From positions 416,001 through 480,000 of the forward strand of contig CAWJDT010000001.1 in NCBI GenBank assembly GCA_963841735.1: DNA of 64,000 nt. Reading direction: 5' to 3'. A program made the translations under genes and the position numbers. Below, piece by piece: positions 1-9,621 of this stretch. Every line of letters starts with the position of its first letter. The stretch's first letter is position 1. Under the pieces are notes generated by a model. The model was not told the origin of the DNA and did not search any database. It saw only the letters and a list, made by a program, of their open reading frames with translations. The stretch comes from an uncultured Actinomycetes bacterium (GTDB lineage: Bacteria; Actinomycetota; Thermoleophilia; RBG-16-64-13).

Positions 1-319
1 GGCCCATGATGGCGCCCATGCGCTCCACCATGTCTTCATCCCACGTAGCACCGAGAGCCGAGGAACAGGGGATGTTCTGCGAAGGATCGCGCTCATCCCA
101 ATGCCTGCCCCGCACACCGGACGGGCCGTCCGACACAACAAGCTCTTTGAGTCCGATCTTGGCTAGAGAACGCAGCCGAGAGAAATCGGGAGCCGTCAGC
201 AGCTGTATCTTCTCCTCGAGCGTGAGCGAGGCCACGCGTTCGGCGATGGCAGATGCCAGCTCCTGATCCGGCTCGCCCGCTCCCACGCCCCCGGGGAGGA
301 CACTTCGCACACCGCCCAA
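1..319 (-). CDS. GH3 beta-glucosidase/xylosidase, N-terminal part (runs off the window)
   Basis: Manual translation gives LTLEEKIQLL...VSDGPSGVRG...PCSSALGATWD, a typical GH3 N-terminus; start uncertain (TTG at 319 after AAGGAG). Confidence 0.8.
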   Translation of the reverse strand, partial: MGGVRSVLPGGVGAGEPDQELASAIAERVASLTLEEKIQLLTAPDFSRLRSLAKIGLKELVVSDGPSGVRGRHWDERDPSQNIPCSSALGATWDEDMVERMGAIMG

Positions 320-391
320 GCTATCTCCTTCTCCGGCCCGCGCCTTTGCCGTCAAACTTCGAACCGACCTATTTGTATGCCGGCCGCACTA

Positions 392-412
392 TTTGTTGCA
401 CGATACAACAAA
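392..412. promoter_or_regulatory. Palindrome TTTGTTG-N7-CAACAAA, candidate ROK/XylR operator
   Basis: Perfect inverted repeat upstream of the GH3 gene, next to a ROK regulator; resembles XylR-type boxes. Confidence 0.55.
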
Positions 413-469
413 AGGGCCGACGCATCAAGGCACAGGCCCCTCAGTCTGTAAGAACAATCTACAAATGGA

Positions 470-1798
470 CTACCCGTGAGGGAGCGCGCGCCGCCCGCCA
501 AGGGCTCGACTCTCCACAAACGGGACGAGGAAGGGATCAGCACACACAGCCCGCAATGCCAGCGAAGCTGCGCCTCGAACGGCCGCATATGCCCCCAGTT
601 GGGAGCCGACGACGTCGACGTGGGAGTGTCCCGTCAAGAAGGCCCGTCTCTCCAGCTCGGCGCGAAGCGGACCGCTCAACCACGGCAAGAGCGGGGAGTA
701 GATTCCACCGAGAACGACTGTGTTGGGGGCGAACAGGTTCACAACTGTCGCGCAGGCAAGACCGAGTGCAGTACCCGCGTCCTCCAGAGCCGACAAAGTC
801 GCCGCATCGCCCCTCCGTGCACTCTGGACGAGCATCGACATTCCTCCGTCCGGCAGCGCGACGCTGGTACCGATGACAGTTTCGACCCCAGCCGCCCTCA
901 ACAGGGCCTCCTGACCGACCTTCTGCTCAAGACAACCGCGCGATCCACAAGAACAAGGAGGTCCATTAGGATCGACGGTGATGTGGCCGATCTCTCCCCC
1001 AAGCCCGCTACCGGAGCGCAACAACTCACCATCTACCACCAAGGCGCCACCGACGCCTATCTCGCCAGAAATGCGGACGAAATCTCCCCAGGCTTGTCCT
1101 TGGCCATGTGAGAGCTCGGCCAGGGCGGCAAGGTTAGCCTCGTTCTCCACGGTGACGTAGTGCTGAGGACGTCCAAGACGGCGTCCTACCTCCTCCGCAA
1201 GTGAAAGGGGACCCCAGCCAAGATTCGGCGCCGTCAGCAGCAGCCCGCTGGCGGTGTCCACGAGCCCGGGAACGGCGAGCGTAGTCCCTACGGCGATGAG
1301 GCCCTCGCCTTCGACACTGTCCAGCGCCCGACGGCCCAGGTCTGCGAGCGCGTCGAGAACCGCGTCTACCGGGACCTTGCGGTTGTCGTGCCGAAGAAAC
1401 TGCTCGTAACGAACGTTGCCGGTGAGATCGAGCACGCAGGCGGCGAGGTAGTCCACATTGATCTCCAAACCGAGCGCCACCACGGTGGTGTCGGAGACCG
1501 CGACCAGGCGTCCCGGCCTTCCCACGGTGCCCGGCCTCTCCAGGTCGCGCTCCAGGAGCAGCCCACGAGCTATGAGCTCGCCGACGAGACTCGACACTGT
1601 CGACCTGGTGAGTCCAACCGCTTCAGAGAGGCCGGCTCGCGAGCGCGGGCCGTTGTCCATCGCCTCCCGCAGCACAAGAGCAAGGTTCTGCCGGCGGATG
1701 CTCCGCTGTCCCGCCCGCCCTGGCTCCGCAGAGTGCGTCATGGCGATAACCACCACCCCATCCTTGTCCACTCGGGCCACCTGCCCGATGCCCGCCAC
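470..1798 (-). CDS. ROK family transcriptional regulator (XylR/NagC-like)
   Basis: N-terminal HTH (SRAGLSEAVGLTRSTVSSLV); ENEANLAALAE and GEIGH...CSCGSRGCLE ROK motifs. Confidence 0.92.
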   Translation of the reverse strand: MAGIGQVARVDKDGVVVIAMTHSAEPGRAGQRSIRRQNLALVLREAMDNGPRSRAGLSEAVGLTRSTVSSLVGELIARGLLLERDLERPGTVGRPGRLVAVSDTTVVALGLEINVDYLAACVLDLTGNVRYEQFLRHDNRKVPVDAVLDALADLGRRALDSVEGEGLIAVGTTLAVPGLVDTASGLLLTAPNLGWGPLSLAEEVGRRLGRPQHYVTVENEANLAALAELSHGQGQAWGDFVRISGEIGVGGALVVDGELLRSGSGLGGEIGHITVDPNGPPCSCGSRGCLEQKVGQEALLRAAGVETVIGTSVALPDGGMSMLVQSARRGDAATLSALEDAGTALGLACATVVNLFAPNTVVLGGIYSPLLPWLSGPLRAELERRAFLTGHSHVDVVGSQLGAYAAVRGAASLALRAVCADPFLVPFVESRALGGRRALPHG

Positions 1799-1861
1799 AA
1801 TATCCTAATCGCGGCGCCGCGCACAGCGTTTATCGCGACCGTGAACATCGTGGCCGCGAAC

Positions 1862-1957
1862 GGAGGGAGGCTGCGAATCTCTCTTCAAATTCTGGCGCTG
1901 TTTGGACGAAACACTACGGGCACGCAGGCGGTGAGTCTTGGCGCGGGGAGCCAGCTA
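1862..1957 (+). repeat. Array repeat copy 1
   Basis: TCAAATTCTGGCGCTGTTTGGACG...GTGAGTCTTGGCGCGGG; aligns with 7 other copies. Confidence 0.8.
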
Positions 1958-2043
1958 GACCTCCCGGCCAGGCATGCCGGGACGCCAGCCTAGAACCTAA
2001 GATGCACTGAGGTGCGGAACCGAAGTCGTACGGTTTCCTGATC

Positions 2044-2145
2044 ATGAAAGTACGTGACGTGATCAGACTGCTTCTCGACGACTGATGGTTCATGGTCGCC
2101 CAATCCGGAGGCCACCGAACAAGCCGGAATCGAGGTGGAGCGGCG
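2044..2145 (+). pseudogene. hicA: hicA toxin remnant (internal stop and deletion)
   Basis: MKVRDVIRLLLDD*WFMVAQSGGHR matches the intact hicA at 19851. Confidence 0.75.
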
Positions 2146-2376
2146 ATGAGAACCTTCGTGCTCGTCATAGAAGATGCGGGCAAGAATTACTCCGCTTACG
2201 CTCCGGAAGTGCCGGGTTACGTGGCCACAGGCTCATCGGAGAAAGAGGCCGAGGCGAACATGCGCACCGCGCTCGAGCTACACCTCAAGGGCATGCAGGG
2301 AGATGGCCTCCGGGTCGAGTCTCGTGACGTATTCGTGCGGCGAATACGGGTCGGTTCCGCCCGGCGAGCTTCGTAG
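2146..2376 (+). CDS. hicB: HicB family antitoxin
   Basis: VIEDAGKNYSAYAPEVPGYVATG...ALELHLKGM. Confidence 0.85.
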   Translation: MRTFVLVIEDAGKNYSAYAPEVPGYVATGSSEKEAEANMRTALELHLKGMQGDGLRVESRDVFVRRIRVGSARRAS

Positions 2377-2699
2377 TCGGTCCGCTGTGTCAGCGACCCG
2401 ACTTGTTCCAGGGGGCCGCAGCGACAAGCCCAGCGTGCCAGGATAGCGGCTCCCTAGAGGACGCCCGCCCCGTACAAGGCGATGAAGACCACCGCGACCG
2501 CCAACAGCGCTAGGCCCCCCTTGAAGCCCGGCGTGCTGTCGCGCAGCCCCAGCCACCGCCACTTCCATATGGCCTCGCGCTGCCTCTTGCGCAGCTGCTC
2601 CCGCCGCTCACTCACCTGACGACTCCTTGCCGAAGGGCACTAGCCTACTCGTCGGCGCGTGGTGCCCGCGGCTTTAGCGAGGCGGCGCCGGCCGCCGAC

Positions 2700-2724
2700 G
2701 TTCCGCGAGCTTCTGGTCGTCGAC
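2700..2724 (-). pseudogene. Very short mrr remnant (VDDQKLAE)
   Basis: 23/24 nt match to the IDGQKLAE segment of the mrr remnant at 19173-19196. Confidence 0.5.
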
Positions 2725-2853
2725 GGATCGTCGTTGGCGCTGCTCCGTGTGATCCCGAACCTGCCCTCGACGAGTTCAGCGGGGCCCTCGAGGGAGACGA
2801 TGCTCATTTGCACCGCCGTGTCGATGGACAACTTGGGCATGGGCAGTGGGCGC

Positions 2854-3216
2854 TCACGCTGGGGCGAGCAGGTCGGCCAGCAGTTCACGCGCCTCGTCAG
2901 CGTCGCCGGCGGCGACCTGCAGCTTGGCGGGACCGGTGATGAGGTTGAAACCGGTCCCGAAGCAACCGGCGCCGAAGAGATCCTGGATGCCCTCGCCTTG
3001 CACCATGAAGGGTATCTCGGCGGACTGGAGGAGCGACTTGGCGATGGCCATCAGGCCGGGGTCGCCGGTGGCCAGAACGGTCACGAGCGGAGCAGGCAGC
3101 CCGGACCGGCGCCCCAACTTAGGCTCAGGCGGCAGCTGTTCGACCAGGGGCACCATACAGTCGGAACAGCGCGTGCAACCGGGGACGTACTCAGCACGGC
3201 ACTTGGGACAGTACAT
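2854..3216 (-). CDS. DUF2007-like protein with N-terminal zinc ribbon
   Basis: MYCPKC...CSDC; AKSLLQSAEIPFMVQGE. Confidence 0.75.
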   Translation of the reverse strand: MYCPKCRAEYVPGCTRCSDCMVPLVEQLPPEPKLGRRSGLPAPLVTVLATGDPGLMAIAKSLLQSAEIPFMVQGEGIQDLFGAGCFGTGFNLITGPAKLQVAAGDADEARELLADLLAPA

Positions 3217-3242
3217 TTTAAACGCCTCGCTCAGCGCCGCGG

Positions 3243-4052
3243 CTATTCACCGGCGGTGCCTATGCGTTTGTTGGAGCTTCTTCGCGCCTCCGCGTCGTCA
3301 CGCGTTACGGTTACCCCCTCGTAGGCGATGAAATCGTCAAAGTCGACCTTGACCCTGAAGCGATCTTTGAGATACCTGCGTTCCTTGGGAACGATCGCGA
3401 CGAGCACTTCGTGTGTCTCCAGGTCGCCTTTTTGGAACGAACCGAACCAAACACGTGGTCTGCAAATCATGTTGACACTGTCGAGGCGCCTTTCAAACTG
3501 AAAGTGCCACTCGTTGTCCTTCTCTCCGATGTTTCTTTGAAAGACTGCGAGCTTGTTCCCACGAGAGACACTATCGCTAGAAACATGAACTGTGAGCGGA
3601 CAACCGAACAATGACCAGTACACCGGTTCTGGTGTCTCAATGACAATGCGAGCATTCTGCACTGGTTCAACATCAAAAGAGGCGAGCAACTCCCTAAGAC
3701 CCGTGTGGTAGTCGCTTCTGAAGTCGGCGTACCTTTTGCCGCGAAGAAAGGCGGGGATATCGCAGTCTTCCGCCAGAAGCGGCAGCACCATGGTGCTGCC
3801 GGACTCTATCTCGTCGTGGAACTTCGTACACCATTCACGCTGAACCCAGTTGGACCGTATGGCTTTCTTTGTCAGCCAAACCGCCACGAAATCGCAATGC
3901 TCGATCCCGTCCTGAAGCTTCTGAACGATGACATCTCCAAGACGGATCTCGTACTCATCAAGCCAAACGTCGATGCCATGGGCGCGCAGATCTGCGGCAA
4001 GGCGTCTGACGGAGTTCTTGTCCACACTCGAATGACTTAGGAAGATCTTCAT
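3243..4052 (-). CDS. TIR-domain protein with uncharacterised C-terminal domain
   Basis: MKIFLSHSSVDK, VWLDE, SNWVQRE, RYADF TIR_2 motifs. Confidence 0.88.
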   Translation of the reverse strand: MKIFLSHSSVDKNSVRRLAADLRAHGIDVWLDEYEIRLGDVIVQKLQDGIEHCDFVAVWLTKKAIRSNWVQREWCTKFHDEIESGSTMVLPLLAEDCDIPAFLRGKRYADFRSDYHTGLRELLASFDVEPVQNARIVIETPEPVYWSLFGCPLTVHVSSDSVSRGNKLAVFQRNIGEKDNEWHFQFERRLDSVNMICRPRVWFGSFQKGDLETHEVLVAIVPKERRYLKDRFRVKVDFDDFIAYEGVTVTRDDAEARRSSNKRIGTAGE

Positions 4053-4297
4053 CTCTTGTGTCTAGTCACCGGAGCGAACTCATCGGGATGCTGCCGGGAG
4101 CACTCTTCGAAAGTGCCGATGAGGGCCGGCACGCCGTCGCCCGGAGTGTAGGGCTGCCTGCCCATGAGACGATCGAAGAAACCCATATCTCCCCCTTGCC
4201 GTATTCCGACTATCCGACCTGGTGATCGGCCTCACCAACCGGTGGTGGCGTCTCTTTGTAGCACGAATCGCGGACTACTCGCCGGCCCGCACTTCTT

Positions 4298-4346
4298 GCG
4301 ACGAGACTCTCGAACAGGCTGGGTGAGGCCGCCTTCACCCGTGCGG
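4298..4346 (-). pseudogene. mrr remnant (ARVKAASPSLFESLV)
   Basis: Homologous to AQASAVSPSLLERLV of the mrr remnant at ~19600-19650; abuts repeat copy 2. Confidence 0.6.
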
Positions 4347-4349
4347 TCG

Positions 4350-4447
4350 ACGTAGGGGGAGGTCACGTGTCTCTTTTCAAGATCTGGTGCTGTCTGGACT
4401 GGGTGGTGCGGGGGCCGGCGTCGGAGTCTCGGCGCGGGGGCTGACTA
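4350..4447 (+). repeat. Array repeat copy 2
   Basis: ACGTAGGGGGAGGTCACGTGTCTCTTTTCAAGATCTGGTGCTGTCTGGAC...GAGTCTCGGCGCGGG. Confidence 0.85.
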
Positions 4448-4599
4448 CGCCTGAAGGGTGGCCGCGAAGGCAGCTGGGGTCGCTACTTCGCACCAGGGTC
4501 GGACCGCCTCAGCGAGTCACCTGTCACCGCTGATCAGCACGCAGCGCCGCGTCAAAGGTCAGCCTCGGCCGCCGGCACAATGCGGCGCTGCGGAACCCA

Positions 4600-6030
4600 T
4601 CATCGGCCGCCGGCAGGAACTTCTGCGGTGGGATTGTAGGCCCACGTGTCGTTGATACAGGTCCAATACTGGCCGTTGTCGTAGTCTCCTCCGAACATGA
4701 TCACCCGTCCGGAGGATGCGGCGTAGATCATCGCTTGGCCCTTGCGACGGGGCGGCAGTGCCCCTGGCGGGTCGAGGTCGGTCCAGGCGTTGGCGGCCGG
4801 GTCGTAGGCCCAGGTGTCGTTGAGCATGCCGGCGAGAACGTCGTCGCGATCTCCCCATCCCCCAAAAACGATCACCCGCTTGGTGGAGGAGTCGTAGACC
4901 ATCGAATGGCTGCGGCGCCCGGCCGACGGTGCCTCCAGCGGCTCGAGGTCGGTCCAAGCGTTGGCGGTCGGGTCGTAGGCCCAGGTGTCGTTGAGAAGGG
5001 CGCCGGTACCGGCCTCTCCTCCGTACATGATCACTCGACCGGAGCGGGGGTCGTAGACCATCGCCTGCTGCCAACGGGCAGAGGGAACGGCGCCAACGGG
5101 GTCGAGGTCGGTCCATTTGTTGGCGGTCGGATCGTACGCCCAGGTGTCGTTGAGGCAGCCGCTTTCGTCGGAGCCTCCGAACATGATCACCTGGCCCGTG
5201 GAAGGGTCGTAGACCATCGACTGGCACCAGCGCGCGGAGGGAACTGCGCCAACAGGGTCGAGGTCGGTCCATTTGTTGGCTGTGGGGTCGTACGCCCAGA
5301 TGTCGTTGAGAAGTTCGCCGGTACCATCGAGGAGGGTGCCGGTAGTGTCCTCTCCTGCAAATACGATCACCCAGCCGGCGGAAGGGTCGTAGACCATCGA
5401 TTGGCACCTGCGCGCAGCCGGGGCGGCACCGGCGGGATCGAGGTCGGTCCAGGTGTTGGTGGCTGGGTCGTAGGCCCAGGTATCGTTGAGGTAGTCGGAT
5501 CCGCCGGACCCTCCGAACATGATCGCGCGGCCGGTGGAAGAGTCGTAGACCATCGAATGAGAGGCGCGCGCGAGCGGCAGCTCCACCGATGGGTCCTCGG
5601 ACGGGTTCAGCACCCGCGAGTTGAGTTTGGTCCACGTGTTTGCGACCGCCGGTGGGATGGTAGTGGTAGTCGCGCCGGTCGTAGTGGTCTTCGCAAGGCC
5701 GGTCGAACCGTCTCCCCGCAAGAAGCCGAAGTACACACCAAGTACAGCGCCGACCAGTATCAGCGCAGCTAGAGGAACAATCCAGAAGAGGTGGCGGCGA
5801 CCAGGATGGGCAACGTGTGCGGAGACCGCCGCCGGAAGAAGCCCGGAAATCTGGGCGGCAGGAAGCCAATCGGGAAGCGCCGGGTTCCACACCAAGTCGC
5901 TGGGCGTCAGCGTTCCGGCCTGTGCCACCAAGGAGAGTTGCTCCCACGTGACCGGACCGGTCTGGTGCCGAGAGGAAGTGTCCCCCTTGAGGTAGTACCA
6001 ATCTGAGGCCGTCAAGTCCGCGTTCGTCAC
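4600..6030 (-). CDS. GYF_2 (DUF4339) domain + TM helix + Kelch-repeat beta-propeller protein
   Basis: WYY...GPV...LVW...LPDW; hydrophobic segment; six NDxWAYxP/MVYD/MFGG repeats. Confidence 0.85.
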   Translation of the reverse strand: MTNADLTASDWYYLKGDTSSRHQTGPVTWEQLSLVAQAGTLTPSDLVWNPALPDWLPAAQISGLLPAAVSAHVAHPGRRHLFWIVPLAALILVGAVLGVYFGFLRGDGSTGLAKTTTTGATTTTIPPAVANTWTKLNSRVLNPSEDPSVELPLARASHSMVYDSSTGRAIMFGGSGGSDYLNDTWAYDPATNTWTDLDPAGAAPAARRCQSMVYDPSAGWVIVFAGEDTTGTLLDGTGELLNDIWAYDPTANKWTDLDPVGAVPSARWCQSMVYDPSTGQVIMFGGSDESGCLNDTWAYDPTANKWTDLDPVGAVPSARWQQAMVYDPRSGRVIMYGGEAGTGALLNDTWAYDPTANAWTDLEPLEAPSAGRRSHSMVYDSSTKRVIVFGGWGDRDDVLAGMLNDTWAYDPAANAWTDLDPPGALPPRRKGQAMIYAASSGRVIMFGGDYDNGQYWTCINDTWAYNPTAEVPAGGR

Positions 6031-6104
6031 AGGTCCCCCCTGATGCTGGGCCCGACACTCCACCCAGTATATCCGGGTCTAGTCGACCCTGCCGGTTCGA
6101 CCAG

Positions 6105-6210
6105 CCAAGCTGGCGATCGACGGGCTGGAGCGGCGATGAGACCCTTTGCGATTCCCATAGAAGACGCGGGCAAGAACTACTCCGCCTACGCTCCAGAAGT
6201 GCCGGGTTGC
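6105..6210 (+). pseudogene. hicB: hicA 3' end and truncated hicB remnant
   Basis: MRPFAIPIEDAGKNYSAYAPEVPGC, then homology ends. Confidence 0.7.
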
Positions 6211-6281
6211 GGGAGGCGCGGGGTGCGAGTCTTGGCTCAGGGTCGGCCGGGCCTCATGCCCCGCTGCTATACCCCCTATGC

Positions 6282-6698
6282 TCAGGCGCGGCCAGCACGG
6301 ACCTTGGCGGTCTCTTCAAGGGCGAGAGCCATGGCCTCATCCTCGCTGAGCCCCGAGTCGACCCCGGCTCGTGCCAAGATCTCCTGCGCGCTGCCGATGA
6401 CACGCCCTATGTCGGCGCTGGTCGCCCCCAGGGCAAGCAGGGACCGCACCATCAGGTCCAACGATACCGACAGATCCGCGGCTTCCATCTTCGCCACCCG
6501 CGATTGGCTGGACCCCAGATGCTCCGCGAGCGCCGTCTGGGTCCAGCCCCGGGCTTGTCGAAGCTCCCGAAGCCGCTTGGCCAGGCCCAACCTGATCTCG
6601 ATGAAGGCGGCCTCTTCCGGTGTTAGACCGAGAAAGTCGGCGGCGTCACCGACCCACCAACCGGCGGCTTCGAGTTCCCTCCTTCTGCTCTCTTGCAT
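6282..6698 (-). CDS. XRE-family HTH antitoxin
   Basis: LEAAGW.VGDAADFLGL; TQTALAEHLGSSQSRVAKMEA. Confidence 0.85.
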   Translation of the reverse strand: MQESRRRELEAAGWWVGDAADFLGLTPEEAAFIEIRLGLAKRLRELRQARGWTQTALAEHLGSSQSRVAKMEAADLSVSLDLMVRSLLALGATSADIGRVIGSAQEILARAGVDSGLSEDEAMALALEETAKVRAGRA

Positions 6699-6708
6699 CA
6701 GCTTCTCC

Positions 6709-6833
6709 CTATCGAGCCCAGCAGACGATCGTAGCTGCCGAGCCGCCTCTTGCAGGCCTCGATGACCGACGTGGGCGTGGCCCTAGTAGTCCTGCAACCA
6801 CACGAGTGGCTTGTCTGGGCGCGATTCAGACAT
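6709..6833 (-). pseudogene. Internally deleted RelE/Gp49-like toxin
   Basis: N-terminus MSESRPDKPLVWLQ joined to C-terminus ATPTSVIEACKRRLGSYD; middle missing. Confidence 0.6.
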
Positions 6834-6842
6834 AACCAGTCT

Positions 6843-6858
6843 ATGTCAGATATGACAT
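6843..6858. promoter_or_regulatory. Palindrome ATGTCA-GATA-TGACAT, likely TA operator
   Basis: Inverted repeat directly upstream of the toxin start. Confidence 0.5.
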
Positions 6859-6954
6859 GGGAGCAACCTCGTAGCAGGGGAGCTGTGCGAGCCGTGCCGC
6901 GGCAGATTGTGCCGAAGAAGTCGGGAAAGAGGTCTAGGCCTTCAGGCTGAGTCT

Positions 6955-6980
6955 GGCGAGGCCACCTTCACCTGCTGCCG
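6955..6980 (-). pseudogene. mrr remnant (QQVKVASP)
   Basis: Similar to 4322-4346; same junction to the repeat. Confidence 0.45.
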
Positions 6981-6983
6981 TCC

Positions 6984-7158
6984 ACATGGGGGGTGGTCAT
7001 GTGACTCTTTTCAAGATCTTGTGCTGTTGGGACGGTGTTGTGCGGGCCCACGGGATGTGAGCCTGAGCCCGGGATCCAGCCACCTTTCGACCGGCGGCGC
7101 TACTGCGCCCCATCACCCCGTGGCTGGCCATACTCCAACCAAAGACGGAGCCGGCGAC
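6984..7158 (+). repeat. Array repeat copy 3 plus ~75 bp extension shared with copy 8
   Basis: TCAAGATCTTGTGCTGTTGGGACGG...CCAGCCACCTTTCGACCGGCG...CGGAGCCGGCGACA. Confidence 0.85.
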
Positions 7159-7180
7159 AATGGGAGTCCAGTACTTTTAC

Positions 7181-7263
7181 TTCCCAGATAGCCTTGGACT
7201 AGATTCCCAAATAGCCGGAGTGGCTTTTCCCAATTAGCCGGGGTACAATTTCCCAGTCAGCCG
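7181..7263 (+). repeat. Four direct repeats TTCCCAnnnAGCC at exact 23 bp period
   Basis: Copies start at 7181, 7204, 7227, 7250. Confidence 0.8.
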
Positions 7264-7272
7264 ACCAAGGGA

Positions 7273-8535
7273 GTGCCGACAACCATGACAGCGCCCTCCA
7301 GCCCGATCCAACGACTACTCGCGCCACGGTTGAGCGCCGCGCTCGCCGACACGCCCGTCGTCCTCATCCATGGTGCTCGTCAGAGCGGCAAGACAACGCT
7401 CGCGCGGATGGTCGGCGAGCCCCTGGGATACGCCTATTTGTCGTTTGACGACGATGCTGTTCTTCAGGCGGCATCGCGCGACCCAATCGGCTTCGTCGGA
7501 GAACTGCCTCCGCGTGTCATCTTGGACGAGGTCCAGCGCGTCCCTGCGCTGTTCACTTCACTCAAGGCTGAGGTGGACCGGCGGCGTCTACCGGGGCGTT
7601 TCATTCTCACGGGGTCGGCAAACGTCCTGCTTGTGCCTGCGCTCGCGGATTCTCTCGCGGGTCGGATGGGCATGCTGAGGCTACATCCCTTCGCGCAGAG
7701 TGAACTGACCGGCCAGGGGCAAGGGTTCTTGAATGATCTCTTCGCGGGCCGGTTTGCCACCCGTGTCGTGGAGCGGCTGGGCGAGGAGTTGGCTCAGCGG
7801 ATCGTGGCCGGCGGATACCCGCCTGCGCTTGAGCGACGCACGGCCGCACGACGTGGCGCTTGGTACCGAGACTACGTGGACACACAAATACAGAGGGACG
7901 TGCGTGATCTATCCCGCATCCGGTCGCTGGAGATACTCCCGCGTCTTCTGGCTGTGGCCTCCGCCAACACCGCCCGCCTGTTGAACGTCAGTGAGCTGGC
8001 CGGGCCCTTCTACGTCGACCGGCAGACGATCCACGATCACATGGTGCTGCTCGAGGGCGTGTTCCTTCTTCAGCGTCTTCAACCCTGGTTCACAAACCGG
8101 CTATCGCGGCTGGTCAAGACACCGAAGCTGCACATGGGCGACACTGGAGTCGCGTGCGCTCTCCTGGGCGTGCAGGCGCCCGACCTGCAGCAGGATAGGG
8201 CTCTTCTTGGATTCCTTCTTGAGACCTTTGTGCTGCAAGAACTCCAGCGCCAGGCGAGTGGACAAGGGGAACACCACGCGTTCTTCCACTTCCGCGATCG
8301 TTACGACCACGAGGTGGACATCGTCATTGAGCGCGGCGCGTCCGCGGTGGCGGGCGTGGAAGTGAAGGCGGCGGCGACCGTCACCGACAGTGACTTCCGC
8401 GGGCTTCGACGACTCAGTGAGGCCGCGGGTGACCGTTTCTCTCACGGAATCGTCCTGTACGACGGCACAGCTATTGTGCGGTTTGGCGAGAAGCTCCATG
8501 CGGTGCCCATTCGCACCCTTTGGGAGACCTACTGA
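7273..8535 (+). CDS. AAA-family ATPase with DUF4143 / PD-(D/E)xK-like C-terminus
   Basis: GARQSGKTT Walker A, ILDEVQ, LTGSA, LAGRM, EVDIVIE...VEVK. Confidence 0.9.
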   Translation: MPTTMTAPSSPIQRLLAPRLSAALADTPVVLIHGARQSGKTTLARMVGEPLGYAYLSFDDDAVLQAASRDPIGFVGELPPRVILDEVQRVPALFTSLKAEVDRRRLPGRFILTGSANVLLVPALADSLAGRMGMLRLHPFAQSELTGQGQGFLNDLFAGRFATRVVERLGEELAQRIVAGGYPPALERRTAARRGAWYRDYVDTQIQRDVRDLSRIRSLEILPRLLAVASANTARLLNVSELAGPFYVDRQTIHDHMVLLEGVFLLQRLQPWFTNRLSRLVKTPKLHMGDTGVACALLGVQAPDLQQDRALLGFLLETFVLQELQRQASGQGEHHAFFHFRDRYDHEVDIVIERGASAVAGVEVKAAATVTDSDFRGLRRLSEAAGDRFSHGIVLYDGTAIVRFGEKLHAVPIRTLWETY

Positions 8536-8618
8536 CTGCGAGCAGCGTGATAGGGCGGAGTCTGCCCCGGTGACGGTTACCAGGGACTCCTCACTCGACG
8601 GCGTCCAGCTGACTCGCC

Positions 8619-8646
8619 CTACTCAGAGAAGTAGTCGGCGTCGATC
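8619..8646 (-). pseudogene. mrr extreme C-terminus remnant (IDADYFSE*)
   Basis: Typical Mrr tail IDxDYF; abuts repeat copy 4. Confidence 0.55.
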
Positions 8647-8647
8647 G

Positions 8648-8722
8648 CTTCAAGATTTGGTGCTGATCGGCCGGGGTCGTGCGGCAGACGGGGGGCGTGA
8701 CTCTCAGACCGGGAGCAAGCTA
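8648..8722 (+). repeat. Array repeat copy 4
   Basis: TTCAAGATTTGGTGCTGATCGGCCGG...GTGACTCTCAGACCGGG. Confidence 0.75.
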
Positions 8723-8779
8723 CACGTGGCATCTGGCCTTGTAGGCCCAGCAAATCTGCTCCAGCATGGTACGAACACC

Positions 8780-9550
8780 TGGTCTGCTCCCGTCGCGAGC
8801 GCAGCAGCGCACACAGGCATCCGCCAGGGTCAGGGAGCCGTCCTGTCCCGTGGAGCCACCGAGCACCGGCAGCCACGAACCCTCGCCCTGCGGCACGTTC
8901 ACCTCGGCCACCGAGCCATCGCGCCGCGTCACCCGAGTCTTGCCCGCGGGAGCATTGCGCACGCACGTGATGGTGGGATAGGTCACCAGCTCCCCGAAGG
9001 TATCCTCGGGCACCAGGTGGATAGCTCACATGGGGCCGGGCCGCCGCAGCGGACCGGCGCTGTCCACGTAGAGATACTTCTCGGGCGTGATGAACACCAG
9101 CCGGCCCCCGGGAGCCAGACCGGCGAGCGCCTGCTCGAAGAAGAGCATGTACAGGTCGAACCGGCCGCGTGCCGTCGCGAAACCGGCCCGGTAGTGCTGC
9201 TTCTCGGCCTGCGACAACCCCGTGATGGCCACGTAAGGGGGATTGCCGCCGATGAAGTCGTACTCCCCGGGCTCGCTCAGCAGATAGTCGGCGTGGCGTA
9301 TCTCGACAGCAGGGTGCCCATCGAACTTGCAGCGCAGTACGGTCACATGGCGAGGGTCGGACTCCACCCCGGTGACTCGAGGCACAGGGAGGTCGCGCGT
9401 CGCGCACCAGCGGATGATCCCCTCGATGAAGGCTCCGGCGCCGCATCCAGGATCGAGCACGCGGTCATGCGAACCGGGCGGCCGCTCGCGGAACAGCAGC
9501 TCGACCATGCCGTCGACGGTCTCGGTCGGTGTCGGAACGAATCCCTTCAT
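8780..9550 (-). pseudogene. N6-adenine DNA methyltransferase (Eco57I/TaqI-like), truncated and frameshifted
   Basis: VLDPGCGAGAF, GNPPY, DLYMLFFE, FITPEKYL; continues in another frame and breaks off near repeat copy 4. Confidence 0.8.
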
Positions 9551-9621
9551 AGTGAGTCCATCGTACACGACGGAGTGGACGGGGCTGCGAGCGACTGCCC
9601 TCTCACGGACCACGGCCGTGG

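Noticed and set aside
2390-2640. Possible small membrane protein fragment on the minus strand
   Set aside because: Broken frames and no recognisable family.
3255-3280. TCCAACAAACGCAT at the end of the TIR gene resembling the start of an attC site
   Set aside because: Imperfect R'' match, no complementary GTT end found, single instance.
7181-7263. Mini-CRISPR interpretation of the 23 bp repeats
   Set aside because: Unit and spacers are far too short, and no cas genes are present.
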